Below the pieces are notes generated by a model. The model was not told where the DNA came from. It ran no database searches and was given only the letters and a program-made list of their open reading frames with translations. A stretch of 64,000 nt of DNA from a virus (lineage: Duplodnaviria; Caudoviricetes). A program made the translations under genes and the position numbers. This document shows, piece by piece, positions 1 through 8,619 of the stretch (positions are counted from its first letter, which is position 1; the number at the start of each line of letters is the position of its first letter). Location: IMG/VR virus record IMGVR_UViG_3300031414_000005. The stretch is one strand, 5' to 3'.

Positions 1-51
1 TGAAACCGGTGCCATTGAGTTGGCACACAGTCCTTTATAAGGAGATACCCG

Positions 52-591
52 ATGAAAAACGTTTCTGCGGTCAAGACCAAGCGTATTCGTCGTTACACAG
101 GAAGTGAAGCCGATCACCTCATCGCGAATGATGGGGTGGAGTTTTTCAATATATTCTCCGGCGGTAAAACCCGTTTGGGGCGACTCGCCACGCACTTCGC
201 CAACACCCCGATTGACCACCCCCGCTTTGGTTATTTCAAATCCCTGGAGGGGTTGTACTACTGGTTGATTGCCGAGGTCAAGGATGAGTCACTGCGTCGA
301 CTCGATGGCTGGGAAGCTAAGAAACACGGCCGTACATTACCGGCCGTGTATGTTGATAACTTAATCGAGCTGATGGACGAAGCAAACCGCCTCAAGGTTG
401 CGCAACACCCAGAGCTAAAAGAACTCTTACGCAACAGCACTTTGCCATTCAGACACTTCTATTACTACGGTAAACGCCCAGGTAAATATGTGGTGTATGA
501 ATCTGAGGAGGACTGGCTGTGCACTATCTACACTCGTATTCGAGAGGAGTTACATAATGAAACCGTTTCACCGGGAACTGACGGAGGCTGA
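52..591 (+). CDS. NADAR-like (T4 gp30.3/YbiA-like) ADP-ribosyl hydrolase family protein
   Basis: AGGAG SD; motifs LATHFANTP / FKSLEGLYYWL / GWEAKKHGR parallel the NADAR pattern LSNF..SxEG/H..AKxxGR (recognised by eye). Confidence 0.55.
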   Translation: MKNVSAVKTKRIRRYTGSEADHLIANDGVEFFNIFSGGKTRLGRLATHFANTPIDHPRFGYFKSLEGLYYWLIAEVKDESLRRLDGWEAKKHGRTLPAVYVDNLIELMDEANRLKVAQHPELKELLRNSTLPFRHFYYYGKRPGKYVVYESEEDWLCTIYTRIREELHNETVSPGTDGG

Positions 592-706
592 GCAGAGAGA
601 AATGCAAATGGTAAAGTGGATCGACCGAATTCTAAACCTGCTGCTGATCATGGCATTTGCTGTGCTCGGTTACGCCATCTATATTTACGAGCCACCGCTC
701 TGGTAA
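557..706 (+). CDS. small single-pass membrane protein (49 aa)
   Basis: GAGGAG SD before ATG 557; hydrophobic ILNLLLIMAFAVLGYAIYIY. Confidence 0.7.
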   Translation: MKPFHRELTEAEQREMQMVKWIDRILNLLLIMAFAVLGYAIYIYEPPLW

Positions 707-867
707 GTTCTGTAAAGAGTCATTGGCTCAAGCAGGAACCTGAGCTGAAGACTTTTGAGGAACTGGTTGCGGAATACAAAGCATTTGAGGCTGACTTTGA
801 AGCAACGATCATCACCCTCACATTGGTGGCATTCACAACGGTATTGGTCTATTGGGTTTTTGCTTAA
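616..867 (+). CDS. possible small protein with C-terminal membrane anchor; start uncertain
   Basis: 3' half reads as protein (LKTFEELVAEYKAFEADFEATIITLTLVAFTTVLVYWVFA) but has no clear SD/start. Confidence 0.35.
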   Translation: MDRPNSKPAADHGICCARLRHLYLRATALVSSVKSHWLKQEPELKTFEELVAEYKAFEADFEATIITLTLVAFTTVLVYWVFA

Positions 868-1003
868 TTATAGGACAAGAGACAACATCCTGTCGCAAGT
901 ATAATTGATTATAAACCTCTGGGCGGCACTTGTGTCCGTTAACACTCTAGGAAGCGCAACCATGAAATGGTTTGACCATTTATTTCATAGAGAGGAACCA
1001 ACC

Positions 1004-1654
1004 ATGTCTGACCCAAACCAGACCTCTTCCAATGCCACACCTACCACCTCTGCTGATGCAGCGCCTGTGATCGATACTCAAGCAGCGCCGGCAACCAGCA
1101 CTTCCAATGATCAACCAGTCGCTGATGTAGTGGCCCCGGCCGCTACGCCTGTTGTCGCTTCTGCGGAGCCTATCGGGCCTGTCCGTAGCGCCACTCCGGT
1201 GTCCACTGCGCAATTGCAAAGTGCGGCCCAGAAGCTCCAGCACGTCAGCGAAGGCGTGACCATTGCTGCTGCAAATGGCACTCTGCCAGATGCGATTGCC
1301 ACCCAGGCGACCGAGGTCGTCACGGAGGCAGCAGCCGCGGTTCAACAACTGGTTCAGGAAGAAGTAAAGGATGTGGGGGAGCAAGTGAAAGGTGAAGTGA
1401 TCGATGAGATCGACAAAGCAGTAAACCAGGTTGCAGAAAGTTCGAATACCCTGATGGATCGGCTCAAACTGATGCTGACGGAAGCGAACGACACCATCCA
1501 TGATGGTTGGGATGAAGCGGTGGAAATCGCTAACACCATGACCAAAGACGAAAAGGAGATGCCAGAGAAAGTTGCCCTGGTCTTCGGTACCGTCGGTCAT
1601 GAGGTTTCTGACAACTATCGCCGATTTGCTGCGTTCCTGAAAAAATACCTGTAA
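1004..1654 (+). CDS. hypothetical protein with Ala/Thr/Pro-rich N-terminus
   Basis: GAGGA SD before ATG 1004; biased codon usage; followed by terminator. Confidence 0.8.
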   Translation: MSDPNQTSSNATPTTSADAAPVIDTQAAPATSTSNDQPVADVVAPAATPVVASAEPIGPVRSATPVSTAQLQSAAQKLQHVSEGVTIAAANGTLPDAIATQATEVVTEAAAAVQQLVQEEVKDVGEQVKGEVIDEIDKAVNQVAESSNTLMDRLKLMLTEANDTIHDGWDEAVEIANTMTKDEKEMPEKVALVFGTVGHEVSDNYRRFAAFLKKYL

Positions 1655-1660
1655 ATATTT

Positions 1661-1685
1661 GGGGCTCCGCGAGGGGCCTCTTTTT
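1661..1685 (+). terminator. intrinsic terminator
   Basis: GGGGCTCC-GCGA-GGGGCCTC followed by TTTTT. Confidence 0.7.
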
Positions 1686-1705
1686 AAGCCTGCTGTGAGG
1701 ACCTT

Positions 1706-2206
1706 ATGAATCAAACAACGGTATACGAAAATGTCAAGGGTGTGTTAGCTGTCAGCCCCACCCAGTCTGACGACCCCATGCTCCAGACATTAATCACCGC
1801 TTTCAATTCACAAGTGGGAATTTGTGTAACGAACATCACCTATAACACCGACGTTGATGGCAAGCAAAAGGTGGTGTTTGGCATGCTCTGTAACGACATG
1901 GGGAACGAGCTGCTGCATGTCATCTATCGCGATATCCTGGAGTCATTGGGCCGCCTGGGTAACGTGGGGGAGAACCAGTATGTGCTGAACCCGCGCGACG
2001 TTCGGTTGTTGCACCGTCCAGATGTCCTGCATCGCCCGAGCGGTAACATGGTGTATGACTCTGTGATGCTGGAGTTCGTTAACCTGGATACCGCCGCGTT
2101 TAACATGATGTTTTCGTTAGTCCTCAGTGCCAACACCGAAGCGGTCGCTCGTTGGAAAGCCATCGACCAAATCAACGGCATGTTCAAGACCCCGAAAACT
2201 AAATAA
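1706..2206 (+). CDS. hypothetical protein
   Basis: GAGG SD, 166-aa ORF. Confidence 0.75.
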   Translation: MNQTTVYENVKGVLAVSPTQSDDPMLQTLITAFNSQVGICVTNITYNTDVDGKQKVVFGMLCNDMGNELLHVIYRDILESLGRLGNVGENQYVLNPRDVRLLHRPDVLHRPSGNMVYDSVMLEFVNLDTAAFNMMFSLVLSANTEAVARWKAIDQINGMFKTPKTK

Positions 2207-2287
2207 AAACATTATTTATCAATCCATTGAACCCAACACATGACTTGAGACACCCCGTCATCAAGCATGCATGATTAGGAGTCAACA

Positions 2288-2935
2288 ATGAACGCAGTAT
2301 TACGTTTAAGCAGTGTTCCGTCGAGTCAGACGCTCGGCAGTTTGTTTATCAATGCGCAATTGATCATCCACGATGAAACAGAAGGTCTTGTGGGTAAGTT
2401 TGCGGCTGACGGTTTCAGGGTTGCCAAGATCAAGGTGTTAGAAGCGGATGAAAATCCACCGAACCTCCCAACCACCCTGCCGGAAGTGGATCTGAATTAT
2501 CATGCTTATGTCCCGGCCACCCGGTTTGCTACCGATGGTACCAATCGCATCGTGGTGGTGCCGCTGAAAATCCGTGCCGACACGGCCCGCAGTCTGGTCA
2601 GCGTGCAAACCAACAGTTACAGTGAACTGGCGGTGATGGTGCGTCCATTGTTTATGGTCACACGTCGAAACAAGGCTGATTACAAACCCCTGGGCGAACC
2701 CACTTTCCATGATGTCGACTACGTGTATAAAAAGGAGTCAGACGACACGGACTACCAGGACGCGTTTAGGGACACCCAGCTTGTCCAGTTCGATGTTTTC
2801 GTGAAGAAGACCAATACGGACACGTTGGGTGATATCCTGTTCCCGGCCCAGGGCAACCTCAATCAAAATGGCGTAGCGGATGCCCCCGCTGTCAGTGCGA
2901 CCCACCCGGTGGAGCTTAACCCCACCAAGGAGTAA
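2288..2935 (+). CDS. hypothetical protein
   Basis: AGGAG SD, 215-aa ORF. Confidence 0.8.
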   Translation: MNAVLRLSSVPSSQTLGSLFINAQLIIHDETEGLVGKFAADGFRVAKIKVLEADENPPNLPTTLPEVDLNYHAYVPATRFATDGTNRIVVVPLKIRADTARSLVSVQTNSYSELAVMVRPLFMVTRRNKADYKPLGEPTFHDVDYVYKKESDDTDYQDAFRDTQLVQFDVFVKKTNTDTLGDILFPAQGNLNQNGVADAPAVSATHPVELNPTKE

Positions 2936-2937
2936 TT

Positions 2938-3252
2938 ATGCCCTTCACTGTGACGTTCTACGCTCACAATGATGACGGTGCTCCCCAGCTTCAAGGTGTC
3001 TGCAATTACGATTGCGATAACGGTCTGGATGTTCAGGCCGTTTTAAAAGACCTCAGTGATGAACTGTTGGAGAAAAACACCGAAGAGGGGTTTAGCCCGT
3101 CTAATGTTGTCACGGGTGATGTCCTGTCGTTTCACTACACAGTCGGCTTAGATAAAGACCTGAACCGTGTCATCAATTGGTTGATGAAAGTGTGTCATTG
3201 GCGACTGTATGGCTTTCACCAGGCAAAGCATCCTTATCCTTCGGACGACTAA
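2938..3252 (+). CDS. hypothetical protein
   Basis: AGGAG SD overlapping the upstream stop. Confidence 0.75.
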   Translation: MPFTVTFYAHNDDGAPQLQGVCNYDCDNGLDVQAVLKDLSDELLEKNTEEGFSPSNVVTGDVLSFHYTVGLDKDLNRVINWLMKVCHWRLYGFHQAKHPYPSDD

Positions 3253-3253
3253 C

Positions 3254-3718
3254 ATGCCAAGCTATTTCGCACTGTATGGACAAAACCGTATTATACTGGG
3301 CACTGATCGTGAACGTGGTCATGATCATCGTATCGCGGATCTGGTACCGTTGAAGAAAACCAGCCGGATTGTAACCTCAATTGAAAACAAAGATGCCCTG
3401 GCCCTGATCCGTCAGTTGCCTGAGTATTTCTTCATAACGAAGAAAGCACTGGATGCGTTGCGCATTGAGTTGATTGACGATGGTAAACCCACCCGGTCAT
3501 TACCGTTGCACAGTCAACGTACCGACAAGCACGATGCGCTGTTGATCACCTTAAAGGGAAACACCTGCCACCAAGTGTACACCATGACCAAGTCACAGTG
3601 GGACACCAAACGGTTCAATGACCACCTGGCGTTTCTCATTGATTACAGCGACGCGAAAAACGTGGCGATCAGCCTGGATGTGTTAATCACCCATGGCCCG
3701 CAGTATTACTTGAAGTAA
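3254..3718 (+). CDS. hypothetical protein
   Basis: ATG 1 nt after upstream TAA; operon packing. Confidence 0.7.
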   Translation: MPSYFALYGQNRIILGTDRERGHDHRIADLVPLKKTSRIVTSIENKDALALIRQLPEYFFITKKALDALRIELIDDGKPTRSLPLHSQRTDKHDALLITLKGNTCHQVYTMTKSQWDTKRFNDHLAFLIDYSDAKNVAISLDVLITHGPQYYLK

Positions 3719-3786
3719 GTACCACCAACCCCCGTGTGCGATGAGCCATTGTGCCGCCACACATTACAACCCAAGTGGAGTAAACC

Positions 3787-4188
3787 ATGAAACTGAACAC
3801 CATCAAAACTGTTAAAACCGATGCCCGTATTGTTTTCGTCGGTCCTGCCCCTTCCGAAGGCATTGGCTTCCGTGCAGTGAAACTGGCGGTGAAGAACGCA
3901 GACAGGGGCCTTGGTATCCTGCTCGACAACATCGCGAACGATGTATTGGAGTGTGACCACGAAGGCCGGGTCGATATCGACTACAGCACGTATATCTCTG
4001 CTGACGGACGCATTAGCCGAGATGCTGGTAACAACATGACATTTGTAAGTTTGCGTGCTAATAAAGAAGCACTTGAGCTTTATGGTAAAAACAAAGTCTT
4101 AAAACACATCGAATTTTTCATCGACCAACAGCCGGGTGATATTAAGATTGTCGGCTACCGTTTAATCGCAGAGGGCGGTTTACAATGA
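3787..4188 (+). CDS. hypothetical protein
   Basis: GGAG SD, 133 aa. Confidence 0.75.
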   Translation: MKLNTIKTVKTDARIVFVGPAPSEGIGFRAVKLAVKNADRGLGILLDNIANDVLECDHEGRVDIDYSTYISADGRISRDAGNNMTFVSLRANKEALELYGKNKVLKHIEFFIDQQPGDIKIVGYRLIAEGGLQ

Positions 4189-4685
4189 ATTTTGAATTGA
4201 TCACAGTTGACGGCCCGGAGCACAGTTACTTCCCTGTGTTCGCGGAGATGTACAAAGAGTTAACGCGTGGCCTGGAACCGATCTGGAAAAACGTGCGTCG
4301 GCATTTCTACACCTGGTCAGATCAAGACCTGCGTGATATCGCGGAAGTGCAGGCAGACGAACAAACCAGTCGTTGTCGTGTCTGTGTACTGCTGGGTGAC
4401 GGGATTCCAATCGGGTTCATCGAATACAGCATGCCGGTGGCCAACGTGCTACTGGCCATCGACAATATCTATGTACGTGAAGCCTACCGGAATCAAGGTG
4501 GGTTCAACTTCATGTATGAAGCGATTCTGTCAATCTGTCGGGAAAACGGGATTACGGATATTGAACTGGGTGCGACCGTGGGTACCCCGGCGATTGAGAT
4601 CTACGAACGTCTGGGGTTCAAACCGGTGTATGTGAAGTACCAGATCGCGATGAACGCACCAGAAGGGGACAGGCATGCCAAATAA
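4185..4685 (+). CDS. GNAT-family acetyltransferase
   Basis: IDNIYVREAYRNQGG (motif A, V...YRxxG) and AIEIYERLGF (motif B). Confidence 0.85.
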   Translation: MNFELITVDGPEHSYFPVFAEMYKELTRGLEPIWKNVRRHFYTWSDQDLRDIAEVQADEQTSRCRVCVLLGDGIPIGFIEYSMPVANVLLAIDNIYVREAYRNQGGFNFMYEAILSICRENGITDIELGATVGTPAIEIYERLGFKPVYVKYQIAMNAPEGDRHAK

Positions 4686-5112
4686 GGACAGCAAGGGAAA
4701 AGGGGTGTTCTTCCGCCGCATGACCATCCTCACCGCGGAGCAGTGCAAAGCGATTGGGGATCACGATGCATTCAGCCGAGTGCTGAAACGGAATTACCTG
4801 AAGGTAGAGAAAGGGGCGCTGGAGCCACTCGATTATAAGAAGCTGGTACCCCAGGAGGTGTTTCTGCGGTTTATCTCCACCGACCCGAACGCGGTGGTGT
4901 GCCGTATCGACGACCTGCGCTTCTTATCCAGTGGTGAGTTGATTGGACGGGTGTTGCCAGATGAAAGCAATTACCCGGGGGTGATGGAACGGTTGCTGCG
5001 TTTGCCCGAGGCGGTGTTCCGCTTTGAGCCCCGCATCATCGAGCGTTACGCCAAGACCCGACGTCGGCCGGTTACCCGCGAAGTCGTGACCTTCGATTTC
5101 GTGTACCTTTAA
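4675..5112 (+). CDS. prohead-protease-like protein, probably catalytically inactive
   Basis: Aligns by eye to the protease at 51717-52499 (GxVxP, FxxR, C-terminal TFDxV) but lacks the His and Ser motifs. Confidence 0.55.
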   Translation: MPNKDSKGKGVFFRRMTILTAEQCKAIGDHDAFSRVLKRNYLKVEKGALEPLDYKKLVPQEVFLRFISTDPNAVVCRIDDLRFLSSGELIGRVLPDESNYPGVMERLLRLPEAVFRFEPRIIERYAKTRRRPVTREVVTFDFVYL

Positions 5113-5119
5113 ATCCCAA

Positions 5120-5148
5120 GAGGGGCTGCTGCGGCGGCCTCTCTTTTT
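5120..5148 (+). terminator. intrinsic terminator
   Basis: GAGGGGCTGC-TGCG-GCGGCCTCTC + TTTTT. Confidence 0.75.
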
Positions 5149-5161
5149 CAGGAGGGTGTGT

Positions 5162-5545
5162 ATGCTCCAAGTGATTGGTCGTATCAAAACACAATTAGCC
5201 AAGCTTGACGGTGTTGAACGGGTTCGCGTCACGATTTATGACGACCGCATGCTCGTTACTGTTTTTCATCAGGAATACCTGACCAACCCGTTTAAAGCGT
5301 TAAAAGAGACGTTGCCGCGTTGTCAATTGACGCAACGCGTAACACCGCTCGGGCGACAGTGTATCAGTCAGTTTGCGATGAAATCCTATCCGTTTTTACA
5401 GACGGATGTAGCCCATCTAATAACTGTCTTTGTCGCTAACCACCCCATCAGACCTTATCCTGATGTTGTTATTCTGGAAGGTGAACATGATCACCGTTTT
5501 ACCGAACACCAATGTCCTGAAGTACTTCGACCAACACGACGTTGA
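5162..5545 (+). CDS. hypothetical protein
   Basis: GGAGG SD before ATG 5162. Confidence 0.7.
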   Translation: MLQVIGRIKTQLAKLDGVERVRVTIYDDRMLVTVFHQEYLTNPFKALKETLPRCQLTQRVTPLGRQCISQFAMKSYPFLQTDVAHLITVFVANHPIRPYPDVVILEGEHDHRFTEHQCPEVLRPTRR

Positions 5546-5966
5546 CCTGGCACATGGTTGTAACTGCATGACCACAATGGGTGCCGGTATTGCTAAGGGG
5601 TTGCGTGACCGCTGGCCTCAGGTATACCACGCCGACTGTCAAACCGTGAAAGGGGATCACACCAAGCTGGGTAAGTTTACCTATGCTGATGTGGGTAGTA
5701 AACGTATCTACAATTTGTATTCGCAGTACAAGTATGGTCGGGACAAGAAATACTTTGCCCCTCGTGCTTTCCAAATCGCGCTGCTACGGGTGTTTTTCGA
5801 CATGAGCATCCGTGAGCGTTACAGTCTCATCATCCCCTGGATTGGTACCTACAATGCCGGGGGTACCCGTGAAGAGATTATGCGCATTCTGGAAGACACG
5901 GTCCCGACTGAGATCAACTTGTTTATTGGGGAACTGGATTATGCCAATCACCAAAAACGGGTTTGA
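5487..5966 (+). CDS. macrodomain (Appr-1''-p processing / ADP-ribose-binding) protein
   Basis: LAHGCNCMTTMGAGIAK signature plus IYNLYSQY and IPWIGTYNAGG, typical of T4 Tk.4-like phage macrodomains. Confidence 0.9.
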   Translation: MITVLPNTNVLKYFDQHDVDLAHGCNCMTTMGAGIAKGLRDRWPQVYHADCQTVKGDHTKLGKFTYADVGSKRIYNLYSQYKYGRDKKYFAPRAFQIALLRVFFDMSIRERYSLIIPWIGTYNAGGTREEIMRILEDTVPTEINLFIGELDYANHQKRV

Positions 5967-6210
5967 ATGGTTTACCCCGGATGAAATCTGGCCAGTAATT
6001 CTGGCCGCACCGCAAGTGCCTATCCGCATCACCACCGCTGGATGGGAGGACGGTAAAGAGGTAAACCTTCGCACCAAAGGCTTAAACAACCAGGGGTCCA
6101 TGGGTTACTACCTGATTCACAACACCCTGGACATGGAACCGTACTGGCGGTTTATCACCGAACCCCCAACCCCACCCTTTGTGCTGCGCGAGCAACTGGG
6201 TTTTTCATAG
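5941..6210 (+). CDS. hypothetical protein, tandem paralogue 1
   Basis: MPITKNGFEWFTPDE..RITTAG..PYWR; similar to the next gene. Confidence 0.75.
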   Translation: MPITKNGFEWFTPDEIWPVILAAPQVPIRITTAGWEDGKEVNLRTKGLNNQGSMGYYLIHNTLDMEPYWRFITEPPTPPFVLREQLGFS

Positions 6211-6220
6211 AGGAACCCGC

Positions 6221-6481
6221 ATGCCCATCCATAAAGACGGTGTGGACTGGTTGACACCCGAAGAAGCCCACCAAACGTTGCTGGCACAGAACGGTAAACT
6301 GGTTCGTATCACAACCGAGGGGCTGACCTACGACCCGGACGAGATCTGTATTGTCACGGTGTGTGGTTACAACGGTGGTGGCACAACTGAGCAGTTTTTG
6401 CAGAACTCCCCGTACTGGCGTGTCGATACTTTTGGTCCGCCTTCCTATGTCCTTAATGAGAGCATAGACTTCCAATGTTAA
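6221..6481 (+). CDS. hypothetical protein, tandem paralogue 2
   Basis: GAGGA SD; MPIHKDGVDWLTPEE..RITTEG..PYWR. Confidence 0.75.
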   Translation: MPIHKDGVDWLTPEEAHQTLLAQNGKLVRITTEGLTYDPDEICIVTVCGYNGGGTTEQFLQNSPYWRVDTFGPPSYVLNESIDFQC

Positions 6482-6765
6482 ACATCGAAATTCCTGAGCA
6501 CCTGGAGCGGTTGTTAAAGCACCGCTCTATTCGACGCTCCTGGCAGTTCTCCCGGTATCGCCAGATGTGGTTGACCCCCAACCAGGTGATGGCGTATCTC
6601 CAACACCCCGGGAATAAAGAGCGGGTTGTCTGCACCATCAGCAATGAAAACCTATATAACCCCCTTGATAAGACACCCATCCTTATTGAGTTCGATTCCG
6701 ACAAACACACCTACAAGTGGCTGCGTGAGCAACTTGAGGTTTCAACACACTGGTGGTTTACGTAA
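6475..6765 (+). CDS. hypothetical protein, possible diverged paralogue 3
   Basis: WLTPNQ and LREQL motifs shared weakly with the previous two genes. Confidence 0.65.
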   Translation: MLNIEIPEHLERLLKHRSIRRSWQFSRYRQMWLTPNQVMAYLQHPGNKERVVCTISNENLYNPLDKTPILIEFDSDKHTYKWLREQLEVSTHWWFT

Positions 6766-7337
6766 TGAAGAAACCCAGGAAGCTGTACGAACGTCACGGA
6801 CGACGTTGGTTATCCCCGGGCCCCTCACTGACAGCAGTCGGGTGGTCAGTGGTGGAAAAGGACATCAATTATCCGCATGCGTGCCTCGGCATCTACAACT
6901 ACGGTGAACAAGTCCGGTTGCATTCCGGTAACAACACTGTAAAAGGGATGCGCGAATACATGGAGAAAATCGTCTCCTTGCGCCGCAACATCACCGCGTT
7001 CCTGACGGAACTGGAATACGCCTGCCACATCGACGAACCCCGACAGATCACCAGCCGTATCTGGCTGAATGAACAGTTGGGATTAAACCCGCGTTATACC
7101 GGGTCTGTCGCGTACTCCATCAACCGGGACAAATACCGGTTTGAGATGGCGGATTGTACGACCAAAATTGTGTTTGAAGGCTCACTGTGTTCTGACAACG
7201 CCAAGCGTAAGAAAGACATCCGTAAGCTGGCTGTGATTGTTACCGTAATAAATACCCTGATTGCTGAAGTCGATAAACTGATCGACCTTGGCTTGTGCTC
7301 TGACCAACCTCATAAACTGGATACCCTTTCTAAATGA
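6765..7337 (+). CDS. hypothetical protein
   Basis: TAATG stop/start overlap. Confidence 0.7.
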   Translation: MKKPRKLYERHGRRWLSPGPSLTAVGWSVVEKDINYPHACLGIYNYGEQVRLHSGNNTVKGMREYMEKIVSLRRNITAFLTELEYACHIDEPRQITSRIWLNEQLGLNPRYTGSVAYSINRDKYRFEMADCTTKIVFEGSLCSDNAKRKKDIRKLAVIVTVINTLIAEVDKLIDLGLCSDQPHKLDTLSK

Positions 7338-7696
7338 AACGTAAAACCCTGAACGCATTCTTTGACAACCTGAAAAAGCTGGAAATGTCTCGCCTGATTC
7401 GTGACAACAAAGATTACACCCTGGGCAACAACATGAAGGGTGACGGTGTGCATGCCGATATCGTGCGTCTGGTTGCGGAGCTGCGCGAGTTCGCTGAGAA
7501 GCACCTGACCAATGGCACTGACCTTGGTGAAGTGATGGCTGAAGCCGCAAACCGTAAGTTGCAAATCCTGGACCACCTGAAGAGCAACCTTGATATGTCC
7601 ACCAACACGGTGACCTATCGCCTGGAAACCCGCAAAGGCAAGTTTGTGTACTGGGTGAAAGATATGAGCATGAAACCTGCGCTGGAAGTGGCGTAA
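7334..7696 (+). CDS. hypothetical protein
   Basis: ATG overlaps upstream TAA; strong codon bias. Confidence 0.8.
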   Translation: MKRKTLNAFFDNLKKLEMSRLIRDNKDYTLGNNMKGDGVHADIVRLVAELREFAEKHLTNGTDLGEVMAEAANRKLQILDHLKSNLDMSTNTVTYRLETRKGKFVYWVKDMSMKPALEVA

Positions 7697-8127
7697 TGGA
7701 GCTGCTCTGGCTGACTGTTGACAGTGGTGCGAGCTATGCTCCTGAAATCACCGCAATGATGAAGGCCCTGCGCACCGAAGAGAATGTCATGACGAACACC
7801 AAAAAGGTGGAGCGTGCGAAACCCTATCATCAGGAGTTTCGTGACCGTGACATGTGCATTCTGCTGGCAATGGAAAAGGGTGATGTCGCTGGCATGATTT
7901 CTTTTACCCCCGGCCTGATGGGGATCATCTATCGGCTGTATGTCAAACCGGTGTATCGCCGTCGTGGGGTGGGTGACCTGCTGATGCAGAGCACGAAAGA
8001 GTATATGAAGCGCCGCGGGAGTATTGAGTTCACCGTGAACACCATCCCCGCTAATGAACCGGCAATTGCACTGTACAAGAAGTACGGGTTGACGCCGGAG
8101 TACCTGTCGCTACGCGGCAAAGTTTAA
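7696..8127 (+). CDS. GNAT-family acetyltransferase
   Basis: LYVKPVYRRRGVGDLLM and NEPAIALYKKYGL. Confidence 0.9.
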   Translation: MELLWLTVDSGASYAPEITAMMKALRTEENVMTNTKKVERAKPYHQEFRDRDMCILLAMEKGDVAGMISFTPGLMGIIYRLYVKPVYRRRGVGDLLMQSTKEYMKRRGSIEFTVNTIPANEPAIALYKKYGLTPEYLSLRGKV

Positions 8128-8145
8128 CAGGAAAGGAAAAATAAG

Positions 8146-8619
8146 ATGTCTACGACAATCATCAATTATGATGCAGTTGTGCAAGAACTTATTAAAGGTA
8201 TACAGATCAACGATAATCGTGACATGGCGCCGCGTTTGGGATTGGATAAAACCGACTGGCGTTATTACTCGGAGTTGCGCACCGTGGGGTTCAGTGTCCC
8301 CAGACAGTTAGGTGCTTCCGGTTGGTTGGTCAATCAGTTCATCCGTCATCCATTAGGCGAAGCGTTGGTGGTGGTGGCGAACAGACCGATGCGCCAGCTC
8401 TTTCTGACACGCCTGGATGAACGGGATGCGTTCAAACACAGTCGACCCCATGTGATTGTTGCGGACAAGGCCAACCTGGCCAACCTCCACCACACCTACC
8501 GTTATGTCTATATCGAAGATGCGTCCCATGTGTTTGCTAACCAAATCAAACACGCCCCTTTCCACCGTGCATTAGCACCGCATGTCACCGAGAACGTGGT
8601 GATCGTGCGGGTCAACTAA
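8146..8619 (+). CDS. degenerate P-loop (terminase/SF2-like) fold protein
   Basis: FSVPRQLGAS resembles terminase Walker A PRQxGKT/S with K>A; YVYIEDAS is Walker-B-like. Confidence 0.45.
   Translation: MSTTIINYDAVVQELIKGIQINDNRDMAPRLGLDKTDWRYYSELRTVGFSVPRQLGASGWLVNQFIRHPLGEALVVVANRPMRQLFLTRLDERDAFKHSRPHVIVADKANLANLHHTYRYVYIEDASHVFANQIKHAPFHRALAPHVTENVVIVRVN

Noticed and set aside
1400-1654. Possible internal duplication in the 1004-1654 protein (LKLMLTEANDTIHDGWDE / VALVFGTVGHEVSDNYRR)
   Set aside because: Similarity too weak to support without a computed alignment
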